Shown here in pieces: positions 63,847-64,000 of a stretch of DNA of 64,000 bases; within the stretch, counting starts at the first letter, position 1, and each line of letters opens with the position of its first letter. The notes under the pieces were generated by a model. The model was given only the letters and a program-made list of their open reading frames with translations. It made no database searches and was not told the origin of the DNA. The translations under genes and the position numbers were made by a program. The stretch lies in the NCBI GenBank assembly GCA_050246275.1, contig JBFWWI010000001.1, forward strand, positions 1,116,913 to 1,180,912. The letters are read 5' to 3'. The DNA is from Pyrinomonadaceae bacterium. Lineage in GTDB: Bacteria > Acidobacteriota > Blastocatellia > Pyrinomonadales > Pyrinomonadaceae.

Positions 63847-64000
63847 TGGCCTCCTTTGTCAGCGGCAATTGTAGTCCCGGAATACTTTCAGACGCAATAT
63901 ATGACCCAAAAGAAAAGGCCGCCAGTAAGGGCAGCCCATATTCTCGGTAGCGTCCGAGCTATTTACGGTCCTTGAAGCTATCGAACAACTCGGTGTGCCT

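Noticed and set aside
63959-64000. A possible 3' end of a minus-strand gene at the window edge (...RHTELFDSFKDRK*).
   Set aside because: Only 13 codons are visible, which is not enough to support a feature.

Overview
The window is chromosomal DNA of roughly 55-58% GC. It is probably from an Acidobacteriota-type genome; this is inferred from a VWFA-related acidobacterial-type protein, two CadC-like winged-helix/TolB-propeller regulators and a CarboxypepD_reg-domain protein. Most of it is housekeeping or envelope genes: glnE, PBP1A, a three-gene heptose block including gmhB, lpxD, priA, msrB, a NifS-type cysteine desulfurase, prolyl oligopeptidase, an M14 peptidase, a GGDEF-EAL protein and an ABC transporter. 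There is also a pilS-pilR-pilA cluster with a sigma-54-type promoter and a Wzy_C/O-antigen-ligase-like gene directly after pilA. I recognised no rRNA, tRNA, CRISPR array, transposase or integrase. The best candidate for an undescribed system is a tight minus-strand operon at 7696-12154. It encodes a small CxxC zinc-ribbon ORF, a 202-aa unknown with faint Ku-like sequence features, a 240-aa unknown, a minimal ATP-dependent DNA ligase with a WGR-like C-terminal extension, and an archaeo-eukaryotic primase-polymerase fused to a HAD phosphatase. This supplies LigD-like chemistry (polymerase, phosphoesterase, ligase) in a different, split architecture together with uncharacterised partners. Other items worth a second look: six phased 11-12 bp direct repeats upstream of a DUF305 gene; an in-frame 2 x 114 bp hairpin-bounded repeat inside the cysteine desulfurase gene; a secreted peptide with tandem GIIVGD(R/K)T repeats conserved at the protein level rather than the DNA level; a radical SAM/MGDG-synthase-like gene pair; and a cluster of unknown secreted proteins bracketed by the two paralogous CadC/TolB-like regulators. 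All functional calls come from motifs read by eye in the translations; no database search was run.
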